Of a stretch of 64,000 nt of DNA, positions 1-10,252 are shown piece by piece. How positions within the stretch are numbered: position 1 is the stretch's first letter; each line of letters starts with the position of its first letter. The notes beneath the pieces were generated by a model. The model searched no databases. It saw nothing but the letters and a program-made list of their open reading frames with translations, and was not told where the DNA came from. The stretch is from a virus. The translations under genes were made by a program, and so were the position numbers. Where the stretch lies: positions 1 to 64,000 of the IMG/VR virus record IMGVR_UViG_3300009149_000012. The stretch is one strand, 5' to 3'.

Positions 1-875
1 AGGCCCAACGTTTGGGTGGGCATCAAGATCCCAGACCGAACCAGAACGCCATCATAGTAGACGGGCTTGTCGACATAGGTCGTGATGTCGCCCGAGTGAA
101 ACTTGAGCCGACCCGTGTCGAGCGCCCACTCAACCGAGCCAGCGGGAGGGTCAGGGGAGAAGGCGCCCTCGTTGGGAACCTCAGTTGAAACAAGGTATTC
201 CCGGTACCCAATTCGAAGCCGGGGGTTTTGCAGCGTGGCTGGAATCGGGTTGAGCGCCAACGAGTTGTTGCCGATGGTCCCCAGATTGCCGTTGGATTCG
301 CTGAACGTAAAGAATGTCTGCTGTTGGAACCAGACCGTTTGGCCCACGAAGCTCCCGGCAAGATCGACGGGTGACCAATTGAGGTTGCCGGTCGCCATCG
401 AGATCTCAACCTGACCAGTGAGCAACGCTGGGTTGAAGTCCAAGTCCGTGAGGACGACGGAGGCTATGAACGTCGTCGAGGCAATCGAGACCCGAAGCGG
501 GAACGCTGCCAAGTCCGCTGACAGCGGTTTTGAAACAGAGATCCGGTTCGTGTTCGAATCCGTTGCGAGAACGCCCGCCTCTGTGGGAGACGACCCGGGC
601 AAGAGCTTGAACCGCTGGTCTTGGCCCCCGTAGTCGAATCGGATGACGACTTCGTTCTTGGTCCACCCGAAAAAGGTGTCGATCAGACTCCCGCTAACTC
701 GGTCGTCCTCTACCAACACCATGAACTCGACCCGGGGGTTGCCCGAAGCCGGGTCGAAATGAGCGTCGTAGGTGACCTGGTTGTAGACGTAGTTGTTCGG
801 CGTCGCCGTGAACGGCGAATTTGCTGAACCTACCCTCGGTGGCTCCAGGACGTAGCCTTCGAATTCCAATCCCAT
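1..875 (-). CDS. 5' part of a large virion (baseplate or fibre-type) protein; runs off the left edge
   Basis: Manual translation from ATG at 875 (MGLEFEGYVLEPPRVGSANSPFTATP...) is open to base 1. Absent from the ORF track because it has no stop in the window. Follows the spike genes on the same strand. Confidence 0.8.
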   Translation of the reverse strand, partial: MGLEFEGYVLEPPRVGSANSPFTATPNNYVYNQVTYDAHFDPASGNPRVEFMVLVEDDRVSGSLIDTFFGWTKNEVVIRFDYGGQDQRFKLLPGSSPTEAGVLATDSNTNRISVSKPLSADLAAFPLRVSIASTTFIASVVLTDLDFNPALLTGQVEISMATGNLNWSPVDLAGSFVGQTVWFQQQTFFTFSESNGNLGTIGNNSLALNPIPATLQNPRLRIGYREYLVSTEVPNEGAFSPDPPAGSVEWALDTGRLKFHSGDITTYVDKPVYYDGVLVRSGILMPTQTLG

Positions 876-951
876 GTCGTATCCACATTTTCATTAGATG
901 ATTGGCGACTACCTGGTGTAAACATCCCTAATTGCTCAGTGCGCTGAGACA

Positions 952-1521
952 TTAGATGATTCCGCCTGATCCTAGCCCACTCGACCCAGAGGTGGAAGCG
1001 GATCCGACGATTGGCATTGGCAATGTCAGTGCAGCGAAGGTCTTGCTCAAAGCAAGCCCAATCGCCGTCGCAAACTTCACAGGACCACTCCCAACCATCC
1101 CCACCATCGAGAACCCTTGAACCATGGGTACGCTAGCCGGGGGAGCAAAGAATCTAGCGACAGCAGATCCAGTCCCAACGGAAGGATGCGTGGTCAGAAT
1201 GAGGCCTTGAACGAAAGCAGCCACCAGTCCATTGGCAAGCCCTAACTGAAAGAGGGGACCGAGAGGCCCAAGCTGCGCTGTAGCAGCCATGGATTCGATC
1301 AGGAAACCGTACAGAGCGGGTTGAGGCACGACAAGAGGAAGGCTACCAACGCCCACCCCAGCGGTGCCCACATCCACCGTGGCGACCCGGATAGTGGGGG
1401 TCCACAAGCTCAAACCGGTCCCGATGCCCGTGGCAAGTTGCGGCATTCCTGTCCCAATGTTCCCGGTTGAAGCTAGATTCGGGATGAGGACAGATGCCGA
1501 GCCAGGACCCGTGATCGGCAT
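952..1521 (-). CDS. Gly/Ala-rich small baseplate- or spike-associated protein
   Basis: Likely start MPITGPG at 1521 overlaps the upstream stop (TGATG coupling). Hydrophobic and Gly-rich. Confidence 0.65.
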   Translation of the reverse strand: MPITGPGSASVLIPNLASTGNIGTGMPQLATGIGTGLSLWTPTIRVATVDVGTAGVGVGSLPLVVPQPALYGFLIESMAATAQLGPLGPLFQLGLANGLVAAFVQGLILTTHPSVGTGSAVARFFAPPASVPMVQGFSMVGMVGSGPVKFATAIGLALSKTFAALTLPMPIVGSASTSGSSGLGSGGII

Positions 1522-3728
1522 CAAATGCTCCTCACGATGACGCCACCCTGAAGAGGATTGCCCGTGGTCCAATCCAAGCTCGGACCTGGAGTCATTGGGT
1601 AGCCCCGGGACACGCCGTAGACCGCTGCGGGCCCGCCAAGCAGGATCTGAGGTGCCACTGCCGAAACAGCAACCGCCGCCGCCAGGTTGACCGCCAAGCT
1701 CGCAGCGATGCTCACGGCTCCCGCACCGGCTGCCACACTCACGGCTCCCGCCGCTGCATTGAGCGTGACAGCACCCGCCGCTGCGCTCATGGCGATGCCG
1801 CCGACGCCAACCGCCACGTTGAAAGCACCACCGGCACAGTTGAACGTCGTCACGCCGCCGAGCACCGTGGTGGAATATGCGCCCGCTGCAATGTTTTGCA
1901 GCAAACCACCCGCAAGAACGGTTGAGGACTTACCACCGGTCACGATCGTCTCAAGGACCGCCATGGCATGATGGTATTGGGACTTGCCCGACACCATCTT
2001 GTTGTCCTCACCACAGTTCAGTGCATGACCATTTATGGCGTTGACGACCTTCCGATCAACTTGCTCGGTCTTCAAACCCGAAACAATGCACGATTCGGAG
2101 CCGTTGACCGTGTTGATGTAGTTGCCCTGGCAGACCATCCCCATGTTGCCGTTGATGCTCTCACGGCGTACGAAGCCGTCGTCATCCGGGTTGCCTTCCC
2201 AAACTGACTCCGTCGAGGACCCATAGCTGACATGAACCGACTCACCGCTGGCGAAGTGGCCGAACTTGGCTCGAATCCCGCCATCGGCCACAAGATGGAC
2301 CGATGTGTTGCTTGGGCTCGTAGCTCCCAGCCGGACTTTGATGCCGCCGCCGCAGTTGATCTCGGCGCTGACATTCTTCTCACGAGTCGTTGCGTAGTTC
2401 TCGACTCGGCTTCCCGGGATGTTAGCGAAGAACTTCCCTTGCTTCGAAACGGCGACAGCGAACTCTTGGTCGCCCGCTGAGACGATCGGGTTGATCCGGA
2501 AGAGAAAGGCGCCGGCCGTCTGGTTGACCAAGCTGTCGTCGGTGGGAGACCGATCGACCGTGTTGAGCATGAACCGACCCGGCGTTTCTTGCTCGAAGTC
2601 CTTGAACATCTGTGGCTGAAGAGGGCGAGCGTACTGTCGCATCCCCATGAGCGAGTACGGGTCGTTACCCACGACAGTGCCATAGACCAACTCGATGTAC
2701 CGACGCCTGTTGCGTGCGCTCGCGCCGAAGCCATCGATCTCATCCAAAACGTTCGTCTGGAGATCCGACGTGTGCGAAAGCTCCATTCGGCTCTCAGTGA
2801 ACACCTCACTCCCAAGCCCGTTCTCCGATTCGAAGGAAACGCCCGGAAGATTCACCACATAGTGGGTTCGCTTGCCGTTGGCGTATGTCGTAGGCGGAAA
2901 GTCCACGGGGTTATTGATGAAGCCCGGCTGAGCCCACCCATCCTCATCCGCCCAGTTCTTGGTTGCCTTCGTGCTGTTGTCAGGCCCCGTGGATCGAAGC
3001 TCGTCGATGCCAAAGTAGCCGTCGTCCTCATCCTTGAAGAACTCGGTGACGTTGCCGTCGACATCGGTCTTGAACAGGTCCGGTGGGAAAAAGAAGGCGC
3101 TGCGCCGGATGGGACCGGAGATGTGTCGAAGGCCGCTTGCCGCCTCGACCCGGTGAATCGCTTGTGTAACAAGAGTGCGCTCGTTGTCACGAAGTTCGAT
3201 GAGATCCCCAGCCCGGTTGGAAATCAGAACGTCCTTGGTCAAAGCGAACTCGGCGCCGGCTGCGCTCATGCCGCCAACGTCGCCTGCCCGGAGCTTCAGC
3301 CTCTTGAGTCGGTAGGTCGGCCCAAAGAAGTCCTGGACGTCTTCCGCTTCCGCCGCCGCAACCTCATTGGGGTCGACCGGGGAGAATGGGTCGAATCGGA
3401 TGGCGGCTCGGTTGCCTTGGGGAATGTATCCGAGGATGACCGGCATCCACAACCGACGCTTGAGTTGCCGGTAGCCCAGCAAGACCAAGCTGTTGTTTTC
3501 AGGGATCCCACCCCAAAAGCTTCGAGGACCCATCTGAGCTTGGGTCAGGTCGACTTCGACGGCATCCTCACCACCACCCGTGATGATCTTGAGCGTCGCC
3601 TTCATGTTGACGTCGTCGACGTCGGTGATGAGCGCGACCTTGATCCCGTGGTCACCGATAGAAAACTGTTCACCCCGGGAGTGCCCAAGACCCGCTACGT
3701 ACCCGGGAGCATGTTTCCTACCGCCCAT
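1521..3728 (-). CDS. Baseplate central spike (gp5/VgrG/gpV-like)
   Basis: N-terminal OB-fold-like segment (KVALITDVD...WGGIPENNSLVLLGY...PVILGYIP) and a C-terminal Gly/Ala/Val beta-helix-like repeat region. Adjacent to the hub gene. Confidence 0.7.
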   Translation of the reverse strand: MGGRKHAPGYVAGLGHSRGEQFSIGDHGIKVALITDVDDVNMKATLKIITGGGEDAVEVDLTQAQMGPRSFWGGIPENNSLVLLGYRQLKRRLWMPVILGYIPQGNRAAIRFDPFSPVDPNEVAAAEAEDVQDFFGPTYRLKRLKLRAGDVGGMSAAGAEFALTKDVLISNRAGDLIELRDNERTLVTQAIHRVEAASGLRHISGPIRRSAFFFPPDLFKTDVDGNVTEFFKDEDDGYFGIDELRSTGPDNSTKATKNWADEDGWAQPGFINNPVDFPPTTYANGKRTHYVVNLPGVSFESENGLGSEVFTESRMELSHTSDLQTNVLDEIDGFGASARNRRRYIELVYGTVVGNDPYSLMGMRQYARPLQPQMFKDFEQETPGRFMLNTVDRSPTDDSLVNQTAGAFLFRINPIVSAGDQEFAVAVSKQGKFFANIPGSRVENYATTREKNVSAEINCGGGIKVRLGATSPSNTSVHLVADGGIRAKFGHFASGESVHVSYGSSTESVWEGNPDDDGFVRRESINGNMGMVCQGNYINTVNGSESCIVSGLKTEQVDRKVVNAINGHALNCGEDNKMVSGKSQYHHAMAVLETIVTGGKSSTVLAGGLLQNIAAGAYSTTVLGGVTTFNCAGGAFNVAVGVGGIAMSAAAGAVTLNAAAGAVSVAAGAGAVSIAASLAVNLAAAVAVSAVAPQILLGGPAAVYGVSRGYPMTPGPSLDWTTGNPLQGGVIVRSI

Positions 3729-3730
3729 AC

Positions 3731-6700
3731 TCAGACCTGTGCCCTCTTGTCGGCGATCTCTTTGTCGAGACGATCAAGGTTTTTCTGTGTCTCGTTGATC
3801 CGGTCATCCACGTTGCCTTGAGCTACGCCCCGGTTCTTCTCACCAATGAGCGTGTCAAGTTCCGCCTGAGTTTGCCTTCGCTGTTGGTTAAGGCGAGCTA
3901 GCTCGGACGTGGTTTTCGTTCGATTTACAGTTTCGTTCAAAGAGTTTCCAAACGCACTGTAAGCATCCTTGATGTCGCCCACTGCATTGGAGGCTACCAC
4001 GGCAGTGGCTCTTGGGTCACCCAATGCCGCTCGGTTCGAAGCCGAATATGGAGGCGCAAGCTCTGGGGACGAAGGAAGTGGATCCGCCAGGGCTTCCCCC
4101 TCGACGAAGACAGGACCCACAACCTCAGTTTTCCCTCCCCGGATCGCCTTCTCGTACTCGTAATGCGGTTCGTCGAGAGCGGAGTACAGCGTGAACATAA
4201 ACTGGTCTGCCCTGGCGATCGTTTCGTCGAGGCTTTTGGTAAGCAGGTTGGGGCTAACAGGCCTATTCTCCGCAAACGCTTGCTCGTAGGTGTAGCGGCG
4301 CTGCGCATCAACTTGACCGACAAGATCCTGACCGGTGATTGCTGATTGTGCTTCCAAACCAGCTTGGGTATCAGCATCAAGCCCAACCCCAGTGATGGGG
4401 TCGACGTCTTGACCGAACGCTCCGAAGAATGTCGAACCGCCACCGGCAGAGGATGGCAAGGCGCTCAAGTCCGACGACGCCTGCGTAATCGTCTTGACCT
4501 GATAGCCGACGTTCATGAACGCCAAGTCGCTTCGAGCCATGAGGCACGAACAATCACCACCCTCATCTTGAATGGACATTTCCTTGACGTGCATTTCCGC
4601 CAGGGTGAGCGCCCGGCTCAACTGCGAAGCCTCAGCACTTGCCGGAAGGTTCTGATCAGTTGGGGCGCCGATGATGGTCGACTGATTGTTGACGAAGTTG
4701 TTGCCCGGATCCAAGATGGTCGGAAGTCCGGTGTCGGGGTGAATGATTGCTGCCGTCTCGGTGTCATCCGGGGTTAGGTTCGCCACCGCCCATGCTGGGT
4801 TGGGGTACGGAGACGTGATGGTCGTCAACCCTGCCGACTGCGACCGCAGAATGCTCAAGAGGTTGCCCGAGAGCGCAAGCTGTGTGTCGATATTGGCTGC
4901 CGTGAACTTCCCATCTTCGATAGGAATAAGCATTCCATCCCGTAGTGAGATCCCACGTCCGTAGCGGAAGTGGCCGACGACTTCGAAGCCCCGCTCGTCC
5001 GAGACCGGCTGGATCAAAGCTGATCCGTGCTGGCTCTTGGCAATGGAGATGAGGGTGTCGTCCTTGTAGGCCAAAAGACGCTTGCGAGGAAGTAGGAGCG
5101 TTTCCAGGATCTTGCCGGACGCGTCGTGGGCGTAAGTGTAAACGCCCGCCGAGTTGAGTCCGTAGGAGTAGCGGTTGATGATGTACTTTTCTCGCAGATC
5201 GTCCGAGAAGTTGTGAACGTACCGCTCATCCATCTCAGCGATCTGCTGTTTACCCGCCGATTCGATGGCCCCTTGTTGTTTCTTCCGCTTGTCGAGTTGC
5301 TTTTCCAAACCGGCTGGATTCCGACCCGCCACGCCTTGGAGTGCTTCTGGCGACGGTGTAAAGGGGCGAGTGTAGACCAAAGCCACATTCGGGTAGCCCA
5401 TGACCCGGCCCGTCTTGGGGTGCCGAAGCACGAGAGGGGCGTAGGGCGACTCGTTGTTGATCACCAAGTCGGGGGAAGCCGATGGGATCGTTGCCGCTCG
5501 CCCAACGTCGAGGCGGAAGGATGCGTTATTTGCCAGGTCTCTCGACGTGAACAGCCCTTCGTCAACCGCATCCTCACCGGAAGTGCCCACGTTGACCGCT
5601 GAGGAGCCCTTGTAGCTCGCCATCCGAAGCTTACCGATCCCTTGAGGGGCGATATACTTCTGGCGCTTCGCCGTGAGCGTAAGGGTCGTGGTTGCTCGCC
5701 CACCCATTTGGATGTTGTGCGAGATGCCTTGGATGTACCACATCTGGTCCTTGCTCCCGATGTAGATCGGGAAGCCAAGCCGAAGCTCTGGGCGGCAAGG
5801 AATCGTGACGTTGCACCTATGGCGTTTCGAATTGATGCGGTCGAGATGGTCCATCCCGACGTAGAACATGAGTTGGGTCGAACCGAGAAACTCGCTTGAC
5901 AGTGTTTGGGGTCGCCAGCCGTACTTTCGGAGCAGATGGTAGTCGGTGACCGAAGTGAACGGCGTGCATTCCTCTGGCATGCCGTAGTCGACGTTGCCTC
6001 CGAACGCACCTTGAATGGTCAACTGGGTAACCACCTCAGCTTCAGACTCCGAGAAGTCCCAGTCAATGACGTCGATGTCCTGGATCCACGAGACAGGCTT
6101 GTTCGCGAGCACGTCCATATTGAAGAACGGAGGCTTAAAGACGATGTCCCCGGTCACATCCATGAAGAATTCGAAGCCGATCGCTTCTTTCGCCGAGTTT
6201 GCAAGCTCTAGCTTCGTTTGGTACTCGCTCTGCCAGAAGTTGACCTGACCCGCCTGACTGAATTGTGTGCGGAAGGCCGTTACATTCGGGTCCGTGGGGT
6301 CATATACCTGTTGACCACCGTACTTGCCGCCGTTGGCCTTACGGACGGCGCTAGACGCAAAGGGCTGCCCGCTTCGAACCCGGCTGTGCTTGCGGAAAAT
6401 CTCATAAAGCGTGTCGCCCCGTACCGCTTTACCATGGCTGCCATACAGCAAGAGGTTGGACCGCATCCGCTTGAAACGTTGCTCCCAGTAAATCATGATG
6501 TCGGTCAGAGCCACATTGAAGGTCGCTTTTTGCTGGGCTTCCTTGTAGAGGCTCACGAGCGACCCACTCCCGACCACGATGTCCCCGAAGCTCACCTGAG
6601 CAAGTGTCCAGATGATGTCGTAGGGGTTCATCCCGAAGAACACGTTGCCGAAGATGCTTCGACCTTGCTGGCCGGTTGCCTGCGTGAACGCCGGGTTGAT

Positions 6701-7147
6701 GTTCATGCGGCACAGTTCCCACCACTTGAGGATGTCCTCGCAGTTGATGTTCACCGTGTGCTCACCACCCGAGTAGCTGTCCCCCACCTCGGTGACGAGT
6801 CCCCAAAAGATCGGGTAATACTGCGGAAGCCCTTCCATGAGGAAGTAGCCCTTCGCATAGATCTCGATCTCCATCATGGGGGTGACGATGGGATTGCCGT
6901 CGAAGTAGAACTCATCGACCGTGTGCCGGGGGACAGACATCGAGATGCTTGCCGAACCGGGAGCATTCTCGACGTTCAGATCGACGGAGACGCTCGTGAT
7001 GTAGCGGTTGAAGTCAAACCGACGCTGGCAGTTTGGGCAGCCCAGAACGTCGGTCTCGCCGTTGATGTACACGAGCGCGTCGGGCCCGTGCATGACGGTG
7101 GGGCGCTGGCCTGGGTTCCAGGTGCCTTGGAAGGGGCTGCGAGCCAT
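3731..7147 (-). CDS. Baseplate hub protein (gp27/Mu gp44-like) with a long C-terminal extension
   Basis: Hub-type motifs ITSVSVD...GSASISM, FEFFMDVTGDIVFKPP and RPELRLGFPIYI...WYIQGISHNI...TTTLTL. Position downstream of the tape measure. Confidence 0.75.
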   Translation of the reverse strand: MARSPFQGTWNPGQRPTVMHGPDALVYINGETDVLGCPNCQRRFDFNRYITSVSVDLNVENAPGSASISMSVPRHTVDEFYFDGNPIVTPMMEIEIYAKGYFLMEGLPQYYPIFWGLVTEVGDSYSGGEHTVNINCEDILKWWELCRMNINPAFTQATGQQGRSIFGNVFFGMNPYDIIWTLAQVSFGDIVVGSGSLVSLYKEAQQKATFNVALTDIMIYWEQRFKRMRSNLLLYGSHGKAVRGDTLYEIFRKHSRVRSGQPFASSAVRKANGGKYGGQQVYDPTDPNVTAFRTQFSQAGQVNFWQSEYQTKLELANSAKEAIGFEFFMDVTGDIVFKPPFFNMDVLANKPVSWIQDIDVIDWDFSESEAEVVTQLTIQGAFGGNVDYGMPEECTPFTSVTDYHLLRKYGWRPQTLSSEFLGSTQLMFYVGMDHLDRINSKRHRCNVTIPCRPELRLGFPIYIGSKDQMWYIQGISHNIQMGGRATTTLTLTAKRQKYIAPQGIGKLRMASYKGSSAVNVGTSGEDAVDEGLFTSRDLANNASFRLDVGRAATIPSASPDLVINNESPYAPLVLRHPKTGRVMGYPNVALVYTRPFTPSPEALQGVAGRNPAGLEKQLDKRKKQQGAIESAGKQQIAEMDERYVHNFSDDLREKYIINRYSYGLNSAGVYTYAHDASGKILETLLLPRKRLLAYKDDTLISIAKSQHGSALIQPVSDERGFEVVGHFRYGRGISLRDGMLIPIEDGKFTAANIDTQLALSGNLLSILRSQSAGLTTITSPYPNPAWAVANLTPDDTETAAIIHPDTGLPTILDPGNNFVNNQSTIIGAPTDQNLPASAEASQLSRALTLAEMHVKEMSIQDEGGDCSCLMARSDLAFMNVGYQVKTITQASSDLSALPSSAGGGSTFFGAFGQDVDPITGVGLDADTQAGLEAQSAITGQDLVGQVDAQRRYTYEQAFAENRPVSPNLLTKSLDETIARADQFMFTLYSALDEPHYEYEKAIRGGKTEVVGPVFVEGEALADPLPSSPELAPPYSASNRAALGDPRATAVVASNAVGDIKDAYSAFGNSLNETVNRTKTTSELARLNQQRRQTQAELDTLIGEKNRGVAQGNVDDRINETQKNLDRLDKEIADKRAQV

Positions 7148-9249
7148 TAGAGGTTGAACCCCCCGATTCCGGTTCCGGCTGTGAGGCCACCTTCACGAGC
7201 GGGGGCAACGGTTGCTGGCGCTGGCGGCGTCACTGCCGGCACGGACTTTCCACCCTTGGGTGTTGGGACTGTTCCCGGCTTTGGCCCCCTGGAAGCGGCT
7301 CGGCGTCCGGAAGGTGTCTTTGAGGCTGAAAGAGCCGCTTCATCTGCTGTGGCGACTTCGAGCATCCCCCGAGCTTGACGTGCGGTGGGGCTGTCCGGAT
7401 CTATCGGGTTATTTGTGGGCGGCGCGAAGGGGGCTGCCGGAAGCTCGTTCGGGTTTGCACCCACGAGGTACTTCGAGTTGTAGTTCATCCCTGGGTCAGC
7501 GACTCGATCAAGCACGAACGACGCTCGCACCGTGAAACTGAAGTTGTATTCCAGCGTGAACGGAGCCGTGTCCGTCTCGGTGATGCTGAAGCTGTCGAAC
7601 GAGCCAAAGTAGATGATGTTGTCGTAATAGATCCAAATGGACCCCACAGCCGAAAGGTTCTGGTACTTCTGGCTAGTCGAGAAGCTCTCAAATTCGAGCC
7701 ACAAGCCACCGTTGTTCCGATACAGAAGCCACAAGGACATGAAGTTCTGGTAGCTCTGCGAGAAGTTGCGAATCGTTCGGCTCAAGCCGGGCCCACCAAG
7801 CCCGGTCGTCTCCGTGTAGCCCAGGTTCGCTACGCTCGCATTGTACTGAGGACCACCGTACTTGTCGACAGCATAGAAGCCTGCAATCTTGCCGCTCGCC
7901 TCGATCTTGCCTTGGTTGTCACCCCAATGCTCGACGATGGGCCCGTAGCGACCGTAGTTTCCATCGGCAACGATCTTCTCATCTGAGACCGAAAACTTCT
8001 GTGGCGCGATGAGCATCCGGAGGGGCGGCGTGTTTTTCATCCGCTCAAGCTCGGCTCGCGTCTTTTTGATCATCTGGGTTTGAGCCGCAGTGAACATGGA
8101 AGCGATCTGCTTGCCGGACAGAATCCCCGTGTCTGCTAGGCTGTTCTGGAGACTCCGGATGTAGTTGGCTTCGGCGCTGCCATCCTGCCAGTTGGATGTG
8201 CCATCCTCCTCAGCTTGGTTGCAGGGAAGCGCGTCGGTCGGGTTAGAGCCGGCTCCAGAGTATGCCCCTTCCTCACTGCGCTTTTGGGCAGCTTGGATCT
8301 TCGCTGTCACGCCAAAGGGCGGTAATCCAGCTACGGCTGCTCCCAAATCCTCCAACCCAATATAGCCTTTAGCATACGAGTTTTTGCCACAAACAACACC
8401 GCCAATCTTGCCGCCTGTAGCCAATTTCGAGTGCAACCCATCTGCGCCACAGTTCTGGTCATATGCCCTCGCATTGAGAGCACGCTCACCAGGTTTCAGG
8501 TCTTTGAAGTCATCTGGGTTCGCGTCCATGTATCCTTGCGATGCGTATAGGATCCCCTCTGGGTTGCCTCGAACATATCCGAAATGCCCTACGTACAGGT
8601 CTTGCTTGCCTTTACCTCGAACCCGAGACTTTTTGAGAAACTGTTCCCAGTAGGGTAGCTGTTCCTCCCCAGAAAGGTCTTGGAAATTGTACCAGTCGTC
8701 TTCGCTCACACAGGCGATGTGGGCGACGGACTTGATGAGCATCCCAAGTCCTCGTGCCACAATCCGATTCGGGTCGTTAGCAGGACCGGCTGCCTCATAG
8801 GGATTGAACTGCGATTCATTGTAGAAAATCGCCGCCATAGCATCGGGCTCGACCCCAAGCCGTTCACACATCTCGACCCAACGAAGCCAGAAGTCGTCAG
8901 ACAAGTCCGTCCATTTGAAGTTTTCCTTGTCGAGTTGCTTCTCATGGCTCCGATTGCCCGTAGTGATGTCTGTGAAATTTGCACCAACAATTGCAGCCAC
9001 ACTGTTCGACCGGTCGAGAAGCCGGCCGGTGACATTGGACGAAGGGGGAAGAATCCCCACAACGAACTTCTTTACCTCTTGCCCACCTCGAAGCACGGCG
9101 GGGGACACCGGCACAAAGTCCTCCCCAATTGGGTCGTCTTCCAAGAGGAAGGCGTCCGATCCGCCCAGAATAGAATAGACGCTTGGCTCGTAGTAATCCG
9201 CCGTGGCGTCAATTTGCTGGTAGATGCGATCGAATTTGGGATCTGTCAT
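7147..9249 (-). CDS. Lytic transglycosylase/lysozyme-like domain fused to a baseplate tube-fold domain
   Basis: SLT-like LGVEPDAMAAIFYNESQFNP...ARGLGML. The C-terminal half aligns by eye to 9260..10252. Confidence 0.65.
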   Translation of the reverse strand: MTDPKFDRIYQQIDATADYYEPSVYSILGGSDAFLLEDDPIGEDFVPVSPAVLRGGQEVKKFVVGILPPSSNVTGRLLDRSNSVAAIVGANFTDITTGNRSHEKQLDKENFKWTDLSDDFWLRWVEMCERLGVEPDAMAAIFYNESQFNPYEAAGPANDPNRIVARGLGMLIKSVAHIACVSEDDWYNFQDLSGEEQLPYWEQFLKKSRVRGKGKQDLYVGHFGYVRGNPEGILYASQGYMDANPDDFKDLKPGERALNARAYDQNCGADGLHSKLATGGKIGGVVCGKNSYAKGYIGLEDLGAAVAGLPPFGVTAKIQAAQKRSEEGAYSGAGSNPTDALPCNQAEEDGTSNWQDGSAEANYIRSLQNSLADTGILSGKQIASMFTAAQTQMIKKTRAELERMKNTPPLRMLIAPQKFSVSDEKIVADGNYGRYGPIVEHWGDNQGKIEASGKIAGFYAVDKYGGPQYNASVANLGYTETTGLGGPGLSRTIRNFSQSYQNFMSLWLLYRNNGGLWLEFESFSTSQKYQNLSAVGSIWIYYDNIIYFGSFDSFSITETDTAPFTLEYNFSFTVRASFVLDRVADPGMNYNSKYLVGANPNELPAAPFAPPTNNPIDPDSPTARQARGMLEVATADEAALSASKTPSGRRAASRGPKPGTVPTPKGGKSVPAVTPPAPATVAPAREGGLTAGTGIGGFNL

Positions 9250-9259
9250 GATCGAACCC

Positions 9260-10252
9260 CTAGAACTGCGTGCCTCGGAAACGAATGTTTCCGAAGTTCC
9301 CGCTTGTTGCTTCTCCTAGAAGGCTATCACTTGGGATGTCAGTCTTTGGCTTGGGCACCGAGCCCTTTGCAGGTCCACGACTTGCCGCACGACTTGCTGA
9401 GGTGGCTGGTTGCTGTTGCTCGGCTGCGATACCTTCCCGAGCGGGGAAGGTTTGGTCACCAAGCTGAATGTCGGGCAGGGGCACGCCAGCACCCTCGTGA
9501 GCATCGGGATCCGGGATGTTGAACAGGTCTTCTTCCCGAGCTTGCTGATCCGGGGTCCGGCTCGTGGTTGCTTGGGCCTCTATGTTGGAAGCCATCTCGT
9601 TCTGGTGTTGGAACATCGGAACCCTGGGCTTGGGTCCGTAGAGCGACGAGCCAGAACGAGCGCCTGGGATCATCTGGATGATGTGCTCGACCTTGAATGT
9701 CCAATTGAGCGTGAAGGCATAGGGCGACTCATCAATTTCCTCGAAGGCGAACGTCCTGAAGGTGCCAAGAAACGTCCCACGGTCATACATGAGCATGATC
9801 TGACCTTGAAGGACGATGTTGCCCGTAGGGTCGTGAATAGAGCCGTTGTTGTGGAAAAGGTCATAAAGGTCCCGAAACCGGTCCCATGCGATGGTTCGAT
9901 GTCGGAGCAAGCTCGCCAACCCCGTGTAGATGTTCATGAAGGCGCCGGTCGACCCGTCGGCGCTGATCTCGGTCAGGTCATCCGGCCAGTGTTGCTCAAC
10001 GAAACCCCCACGAGTCTGAAATCGCTCGATCCGCTTGTTGAAGTTCTCAGAGAAGGTTGCCGGGTTCACATGGAGCACGAGAGCGTGCGGAAGCAAAACC
10101 CGACGCCTATCGAAAGGGCTCGTCACCTGGAACGCCATCGGAATCAGCGGTGACTTCCGAAGCGCTGCACCGTGGACGTAATTCGTCTCATTCGACGGTG
10201 CGTCGATCCGCTTGAAGTCAGGGCTCGCCGACCTGATATAGGCGTTTCCCAT
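9260..10252 (-). CDS. Baseplate tail-tube initiator-like protein
   Basis: LHVNPATFS...QTRGGFVEQHW...GTFRTFAFEE...PYAFTLNWTFKVE; lies immediately after the tape measure. Confidence 0.6.
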   Translation of the reverse strand: MGNAYIRSASPDFKRIDAPSNETNYVHGAALRKSPLIPMAFQVTSPFDRRRVLLPHALVLHVNPATFSENFNKRIERFQTRGGFVEQHWPDDLTEISADGSTGAFMNIYTGLASLLRHRTIAWDRFRDLYDLFHNNGSIHDPTGNIVLQGQIMLMYDRGTFLGTFRTFAFEEIDESPYAFTLNWTFKVEHIIQMIPGARSGSSLYGPKPRVPMFQHQNEMASNIEAQATTSRTPDQQAREEDLFNIPDPDAHEGAGVPLPDIQLGDQTFPAREGIAAEQQQPATSASRAASRGPAKGSVPKPKTDIPSDSLLGEATSGNFGNIRFRGTQF

